Below are positions 58,730 to 64,000 of a stretch of 64,000 nt of DNA, piece after piece. A program made the position numbers and the translations under genes. This DNA is from a virus: positions 34,977 to 98,976 of IMG/VR virus record IMGVR_UViG_3300033145_000788; one strand, 5' to 3'. Below the pieces are notes generated by a model. It did no database searches. It saw only the letters and a list, made by a program, of their open reading frames with translations, and was not told the origin of the DNA. Position 1 is the stretch's first letter; every line of letters starts with the position of its first letter.

Positions 58730-59158
58730 ATGCCTTTTGATTTAGACGATTTGAATCCTCCGGCCAAGTTCTTTTGGCTTGATGAGGACGGGAATGAGAC
58801 AGGGGAATGGGTTGAATTCAGGATTGCTTCTGATGAGGACACGGATAAAATGCGTCGGGAAGCCGGGGTCAAGCTGGCCGTTGAATATAAGCGGGTTGGC
58901 AAAGGCGGTCCCCAGAGGTTTGATTATATTAATACCTCTGAAGAGAATTTGGAGAAGTTCACGAGATTGGTGAACATTCACACCATTGTTTCCTGGTATC
59001 TCCTAGACAAGAATGGGAATGAGATAGAATGCACGCCAGAGAATCGGAATCGCTTTATCCGGGAATCACCGATGTTCAGCGAATGGGCGGCCGATTGTCT
59101 GGAGAAGATGCGTGCGGATGTGACCATTAAGAAAGAGGAAGAAGTAAAAAACTCATAG
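58730..59158 (+). CDS. Tail assembly chaperone (G-like)
   Basis: Between tube and TMP; ends EEVKNS at a slippery site. Confidence 0.75.
   Translation: MPFDLDDLNPPAKFFWLDEDGNETGEWVEFRIASDEDTDKMRREAGVKLAVEYKRVGKGGPQRFDYINTSEENLEKFTRLVNIHTIVSWYLLDKNGNEIECTPENRNRFIRESPMFSEWAADCLEKMRADVTIKKEEEVKNS
59146..59152 (+). other. Programmed -1 frameshift heptamer A AAA AAC
   Basis: The -1 frame is open and continuous with 59173-59493. Confidence 0.75.
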
Positions 59159-59172
59159 ACCATATTGCGGCG

Positions 59173-59493
59173 TTGAGGGGTCGGCCGGACTGCGATACTT
59201 GCAGGGCGGTTAAGGCCGAATATGGTAAAGTTCCCGATTGCGACAAGTGTCTTGCGGATATCCCGCCCCTGGACTTCGCAAACGTGGATGCCCTGAGAGT
59301 TTGGAACTTGGTCCAGGATCAAACCATCGTTGCCGCTGATGGCCAAGTCGTGGCGATTAATCATCTGGCAGTCTGGCGGATAATTGACGAGTATGAGATC
59401 AAGGACCGAATCAAGACATTTGAGAAAGTGCTGAGGATATTCAAAGAGGAACGGGAAATCATGGCCATTAATAGAGAGGCTCAGACAAGATAA
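59173..59493 (+). CDS. Tail assembly chaperone, frameshifted C-terminal part (T-like)
   Basis: In the -1 frame relative to 58730-59158; CxxC...CxxC. Confidence 0.7.
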   Translation: MRGRPDCDTCRAVKAEYGKVPDCDKCLADIPPLDFANVDALRVWNLVQDQTIVAADGQVVAINHLAVWRIIDEYEIKDRIKTFEKVLRIFKEEREIMAINREAQTR

Positions 59494-62400
59494 ATGGCGA
59501 AATTAGGAGAGGCCTTTGTAGAGATCAAGGCCAAACAAGATAAATTGGTTGCCGGGCTCAAGGATGCCCAGAATCGGGTAATCAAGGCAGCTACGAGTAT
59601 GCAGAGGCGGTTTGACCGAATCAACATGAAACGGGCTAATGCCGCTTTAGGCAGATTTACCCAGGGGATTTTCTCAATGAAAACCGCTCTGGCCGGGGCC
59701 GGGATCGGTTTGCTCGTTCGGGATGTCATCAAGACGGGCATGGAATTTGAGCATACCATGACTAAAGTCAAAGCCGTCAGCGGGGCCAACGAAGCTCAAT
59801 TTAGATCTATGACCAAAGTTGTCAAGCATCTTGGTGAGACGACCGAATGGACTGCAAGCCAGGCGGCCGGTGGAATGGCCTTTCTGAGCATGGCGGGTTT
59901 CAAGGCCGCCGATTCAATTAAGGCTCTCCCCGGAGTTCTTGACCTTGCGACTGCCGGAGATATAGAGCTTGCCAGGGCGGCAGACTTGGTGACAAATGCC
60001 CTGACGGCTATGAGATTAGAAGTTGAAGACTTGGGTAGAGTTAGCGATGTCTTTATCCAAACTATCACCACGGCTAATACCAATATGGAGATGATGGCAG
60101 AATCATTCAAATATGCCGCTCCATCTGCCGCCGCGTTTGGTTATGAGATTGAGGACCTTTCGGCCTTGATCGGTCTTTTGGGTAACGCCGGTATCCAGGG
60201 ATGTTATGATGATCAAACAGAAGTTTTAACTGAAGACGGATGGAAAGATTGGTCTCAGGTGCTGATGTCAGATAAATTTGCAACGCTTAATCCAGATACG
60301 AATGAGTTAGAATGGCAAAGCCCGATCCGCTTGATACGATATCGTCACACTGGAAAAATGTATTGTGTACAGAATAGAGGGATTGATCTTTGTGTCACAC
60401 CAGATCATAGGATGTGGGTCAAACAACGAGGGAAGGATAAAAAGTTTGAGATATTAACCGCAAAGGAAGTTGATGGAAAGACAGTTCGATATCAGGCAGG
60501 CGGAATAGATTGGGTTGGCAATGATTGTGAACATCATATTCTTGAGGGATTTAAGCAGGGGCGAGGTTCTTGGGTTAAAGATATAAGTGCGATTGAAATT
60601 GATGCTGAAACGTGGGCTGCTTTTCTTGGTTGGTACTTATCTGAAGGATCTAGTGATTATTACAAGGGTTGTTATCGAATTAGAATAACCCAAATGCCGG
60701 GTCCTATACGGGACAAGATGCGAAAAGTATTGGGTCTGTTGCCTTTTAAAGTCCATGAGGACAAAAATGGTTTCACTATTTTAAACGAACAGCTATGGCG
60801 AGCAGTTAATCATTTGGGCAAAAGTTATGAAAAATTCATTCCAGATTATGCTAAGGATTGGTCGCCCCGACTGCTGAGGATTCTACTGGATTCCTTGATC
60901 GAGGGGGATGGCGATGAAAATGGTGAATATTATACATCATCGGTGGCCTTGCGTGATGATATCATGGAGATCGCACTCAAGCTTGGACATGCGACTAAGT
61001 ATGTCGAAAGAACACGAGAAAGAAATGGGTTGATACGTGGCAGAGGAATAAAGACGAGGCATCCCCAATGGAAGGTTTACATCCGAACAAAGCAGCTTTA
61101 TCCCTGGTTTGCACCTCCCGAATATAACGGGAAGCATGGTGATCGGTTAGACGGTTCTAAGTTTCCGGTATTCGAGGGTTGGATAGACTATGACGGAGAA
61201 GTTTTTTGTGCCGAAGTCCCCAATCACCTGCTCATAGTCAGAAGGAATGGCAAGGCACTTGTGTCGGGCAATTCTATGGCCGGTACTCAGCTTGCCTTTT
61301 CCTTTCAGCAAGTCGAGAAAGCCTTTAAGTTTTATGGAGAATCCGCAAAGCGTGCCGATGGTTCCTCAAAAGATTTATTTGATGCGATAGAACTCCTTGA
61401 GGATAAAAGCGCCAGTGCGACAGATACAATGAAGATATTCGGGATGCGAGGCGGTCGTGCCATTCTTGCGTTGATGGGTATGGGAACTGAGGCGATCAAT
61501 AAATACAGGGAAACTATCAGAGAAGCTGAAGGAGCGACTGAAAGAATTGCTAAGACATTTCGAGAAACTTTCAAGGGGGCAATCAAAGAATTGCAATCTG
61601 CCATTGAAGGGGTCAAGATAGAGGCGTTTGAAGGCGAAGTCCGGGATCTTGAAAGGGCAATTAGAGATCTAACCGAATGGGTCCGTGAAAATAAAGAAAG
61701 CCTCGTTGAACTTGCAGCGGCTACGATTGATGTTGGCATTGGATTCATAAGAGCGACTACTGCTGTTGGGAATTTCTTTACAAAGATTGGAACAGGCCTT
61801 GCAGTAACAGCGGCCATGGTTGCCGGATATAAGATAGAAGAAGAACTCTATCCGGCCGGTTATAAAAATTGGGAGGAAGCCAGAACGGCCGTTAGTCTTT
61901 ATACTAAAAGTTTGGAACAGTTAGAGGAAAAACTTAAGAAATTATCAAAACCGGTCACTCCTTTACCGGGAATGTTTCAAGCTCCATTTAATCCTTCAGA
62001 ACAGGAAAAAATTCTTAATCGTCAGCTCTATGATAAGCTTAAAAAACAGATCGGGGAGGTGACGACTTCTCTAAATATAGCGAAACAGGCTATGCGGGGA
62101 TTCGCCTCTGAGATGAGTGTGTCTCATATAGTTGGTCGAGAATTAGTGGGGACATTAATAGATACTTCTAAAGTATTAGACGGAGTGATCGGAGAACCGG
62201 CAAAGAAGCTTAAGATGGATTTCTCTGGATTGAAGGCTTCAATGAAACCGATAATGGATGATCTCAATCGTATGTGGATCGCCACGGCCTTCACTTGGGA
62301 CGACTCAAAAGATAAGTTGGAGGATTATACCAAATTAATGGGAACTGATTTCCTGAAGGCTCTTGGAAAGGCAAGTGATTTTACTCATAAGTTGAAAAAA

Positions 62401-62658
62401 GAACAAACTGGGTTTTTTACCGGAGTAAAGAAAGGCCTAGAAGAGACTATTAACCAATGGACAGATTGGACTACCATCGGAACGAATCTCACCACGGAGA
62501 TGCTCTATTCTTTGCAAGGTTTCTTTGATACTATGTTGTTTAGTTTCCTCAAGGGCGAATACGTTTCCCTTGAGGAGATATGGGAGAACCTCTTGGATAA
62601 TATGTTGAGGGCCTTTGTCAATATGCTCTCTCAGATGGCCGCCGCTTGGGAATCATGA
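59494..62658 (+). CDS. Tape measure protein (TP901 family), intein-containing
   Basis: LGEAFVEI, FE..M.KVKAVSGA, LGETTEWTASQAA, GIQG|SMAGT. Confidence 0.92.
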   Translation: MAKLGEAFVEIKAKQDKLVAGLKDAQNRVIKAATSMQRRFDRINMKRANAALGRFTQGIFSMKTALAGAGIGLLVRDVIKTGMEFEHTMTKVKAVSGANEAQFRSMTKVVKHLGETTEWTASQAAGGMAFLSMAGFKAADSIKALPGVLDLATAGDIELARAADLVTNALTAMRLEVEDLGRVSDVFIQTITTANTNMEMMAESFKYAAPSAAAFGYEIEDLSALIGLLGNAGIQGCYDDQTEVLTEDGWKDWSQVLMSDKFATLNPDTNELEWQSPIRLIRYRHTGKMYCVQNRGIDLCVTPDHRMWVKQRGKDKKFEILTAKEVDGKTVRYQAGGIDWVGNDCEHHILEGFKQGRGSWVKDISAIEIDAETWAAFLGWYLSEGSSDYYKGCYRIRITQMPGPIRDKMRKVLGLLPFKVHEDKNGFTILNEQLWRAVNHLGKSYEKFIPDYAKDWSPRLLRILLDSLIEGDGDENGEYYTSSVALRDDIMEIALKLGHATKYVERTRERNGLIRGRGIKTRHPQWKVYIRTKQLYPWFAPPEYNGKHGDRLDGSKFPVFEGWIDYDGEVFCAEVPNHLLIVRRNGKALVSGNSMAGTQLAFSFQQVEKAFKFYGESAKRADGSSKDLFDAIELLEDKSASATDTMKIFGMRGGRAILALMGMGTEAINKYRETIREAEGATERIAKTFRETFKGAIKELQSAIEGVKIEAFEGEVRDLERAIRDLTEWVRENKESLVELAAATIDVGIGFIRATTAVGNFFTKIGTGLAVTAAMVAGYKIEEELYPAGYKNWEEARTAVSLYTKSLEQLEEKLKKLSKPVTPLPGMFQAPFNPSEQEKILNRQLYDKLKKQIGEVTTSLNIAKQAMRGFASEMSVSHIVGRELVGTLIDTSKVLDGVIGEPAKKLKMDFSGLKASMKPIMDDLNRMWIATAFTWDDSKDKLEDYTKLMGTDFLKALGKASDFTHKLKKEQTGFFTGVKKGLEETINQWTDWTTIGTNLTTEMLYSLQGFFDTMLFSFLKGEYVSLEEIWENLLDNMLRAFVNMLSQMAAAWES
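60202..61272 (+). mobile_element. Intein with LAGLIDADG homing endonuclease (357 aa)
   Basis: Starts CYDDQTEVLT..GWK; VTPDH block B; FLGWYLSEGS and LDSLIEGDG; ends VRRNGK..VSGN; +1 residue Ser. Confidence 0.93.
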
Positions 62659-63227
62659 AATTGCTATTCGGCATCTCCATGCCCGTTTCCGGTTTCGGCC
62701 TTGGAGCCGCTACCGGTGGCGGGGTCGGAGGAGCCGGGTTGATCGGGACTGGACTTGCCAAGCTCAAAGGATTGTTTGCGGGAGGAGGCGCTGCCGCATC
62801 CCAGAGTGCTGCGATTGCCGCAGGAATGGACGTAGGAGCTATGGGTGCAGGAGGAGGCGGAGCCGGGATAGGCGGGTTTGCCACAGCGGCTGCCCCATTC
62901 GCCGCACAGTTCGCAGCCATGGAAATCCTTTCCCAGTTATCCGGAGGGCCGAGTTTCACGGGAGCCCTCTTCAGTCCACAACCTTCCTATATGCCGACGT
63001 TCCAGGCGGGAACCCCCGAATACGAGGCCCAGCAGAACTATCTCGCTCAACTCAAAGCAGACCCCCTTTTCGGTGCGCCGGGACATCAGGTCACCGTTCA
63101 CATTGAGAATGTCGTGGCCGACGACCCGGTCAAGTTTGTCTCTGAGATGTCGGAATTGGCGGATCAGTCCCGGACGGGAACCCAGTACGAGAGAAGGGAT
63201 TTGTCGAGGGCGGGGATAGACATCTGA
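62655..63227 (+). CDS. Gly/Ala-rich ORF, probably the frameshifted C-terminus of the tape measure protein
   Basis: Overlaps the TMP stop; composition typical of TMP C-termini. Confidence 0.55.
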   Translation: MKLLFGISMPVSGFGLGAATGGGVGGAGLIGTGLAKLKGLFAGGGAAASQSAAIAAGMDVGAMGAGGGGAGIGGFATAAAPFAAQFAAMEILSQLSGGPSFTGALFSPQPSYMPTFQAGTPEYEAQQNYLAQLKADPLFGAPGHQVTVHIENVVADDPVKFVSEMSELADQSRTGTQYERRDLSRAGIDI

Positions 63228-63626
63228 TCACCAGTCGAGCTTTATCCCCACCGTAAAGTTATTGAGTACACAGGACAGGGAAAGCTCGATAAAGAGATAC
63301 TGGAACGTTCGCCGGGGTTTGAGCCGGAATCCGAGTAGGTCATATTCATGGGGAAGGATGTGGGTTATTCCGACATGAAAGATGGCCGTCGTAAGGAAGT
63401 ATAAATCAACTTCTCCGGTTGACGGATGGCGACCGAGGACGGGATTCATCTCGTAGAATCTATCGGGATTCTTGGCGATGTGCCGAGTCTGCCTCCAGTC
63501 AACGGCCTTGAGCGAGAGGTAAGCGGCTTCCGTTATGATGTCCTCTTTTGTCCATTCATCAAAGGAGTGGCTTGGAGAGGGAAACCAAATTATGAGGAAC
63601 AAGATTATGATGCATATTCTTTTCAT
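63228..63626 (-). CDS. Exported/membrane hypothetical protein (moron-like)
   Basis: Only convincing minus-strand gene; signal peptide; D..QT...E.NP.LG.HPS motif. Confidence 0.7.
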   Translation of the reverse strand: MKRICIIILFLIIWFPSPSHSFDEWTKEDIITEAAYLSLKAVDWRQTRHIAKNPDRFYEMNPVLGRHPSTGEVDLYFLTTAIFHVGITHILPHEYDLLGFRLKPRRTFQYLFIELSLSCVLNNFTVGIKLDW

Positions 63627-63632
63627 ATTTAT

Positions 63633-63661
63633 ATTATATAATACTTTTCTGGTAAATTAAA
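63633..63661 (-). promoter_or_regulatory. Promoter TTTAAT-N17-TATAAT for the minus-strand gene
   Basis: Shares TATTATATAATATA with the promoter copies at 663 and 22582; -10 is 6 nt from the ATG, suggesting a leaderless mRNA. Confidence 0.5.
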
Positions 63662-63662
63662 G

Positions 63663-64000
63663 ATGACAACGAAATTAATTGCAGAAAACATATTGGACGA
63701 TGACGATTTCAGTTCCGCCACCGAGCAGGAGGGGGAGTACTGGGGCCAACCAGACCCGACGACCTCCAACACCGGGGACTTCCGGCTCCTGACCAAGGGA
63801 ACGCCGGCGGACTTTGTTTATCAAGGAACGGCTACCGGGAACGGGGCTGTTGGAGGGACGACTACGATTGATTCCGTCCTAGCCGCTTTCGGGGATAATT
63901 ATTTTATCGGGGCCACGTTATATATGAAGACCGGGACCTGCGCCGGGGAAACCCAGACCGTGACCGATTTCGCCCAGACCACGGGAACCCTGACCCATGC
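63663..64000 (+). CDS. Tail protein, 5' part (runs off the window)
   Basis: Open frame MTTKLIAENILDD...GTATG...DNYFIGATLYMKTGTCAGETQTVTDF after TMP. Confidence 0.6.
   Translation, partial: MTTKLIAENILDDDDFSSATEQEGEYWGQPDPTTSNTGDFRLLTKGTPADFVYQGTATGNGAVGGTTTIDSVLAAFGDNYFIGATLYMKTGTCAGETQTVTDFAQTTGTLTH

Noticed and set aside
1-64000. tRNA/rRNA genes, integrase, alternative genetic code, and most minus-strand ORFs in the track
   Set aside because: No cloverleaf or integrase motifs were recognised; genes are intact under code 11; minus-strand ORFs are shadows of + strand genes except 63228-63626.

Overview
This 64-kb window is part of a large tailed dsDNA phage genome (siphovirus-like, HK97-fold capsid, almost entirely + strand, standard code). 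It has three blocks. (1) Recombination/replication module, 0.7-12.8 kb: UvsY-like, SSB, RecA/UvsX, 5'-3' exonuclease, Holliday-junction resolvase, SbcD and a split SbcC. (2) Accessory region, 13-27 kb: a radical SAM/glycosyltransferase/acetyltransferase cassette, lipoproteins, Lar and many small ORFs. (3) Virion module, 27.4-64 kb: terminases, portal, MuF, protease, capsid, connectors, tail tube, chaperones and tape measure. The main discovery is three non-CRISPR arrays with a 36-nt period (303-650, 3924-4108, 5453-5745). Each unit alternates two short conserved repeats with two 8-9-nt variable spacers. The arrays sit next to two IS110/Nop-domain proteins: a complete RuvC(DEDD)+Nop protein at 4236-5369 and a C-terminal fragment at 3-281. 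This matches the RNA-guided TIGR-Tas architecture, here as two systems with different repeat motifs inside the recombination operon, plus one stem-enclosed, box C/D snoRNA-like solo unit. Other oddities: a prohead protease fused to an AAA+ ATPase, a MuF-nuclease/immunity candidate pair, glycosyl- and sulfotransferases in the virion module, signal-peptide-bearing beta-helix proteins, a covarying hairpin at three ribosome-binding sites, and a LAGLIDADG intein in the tape measure protein. All product calls come from visual motif recognition; no database searches were run.
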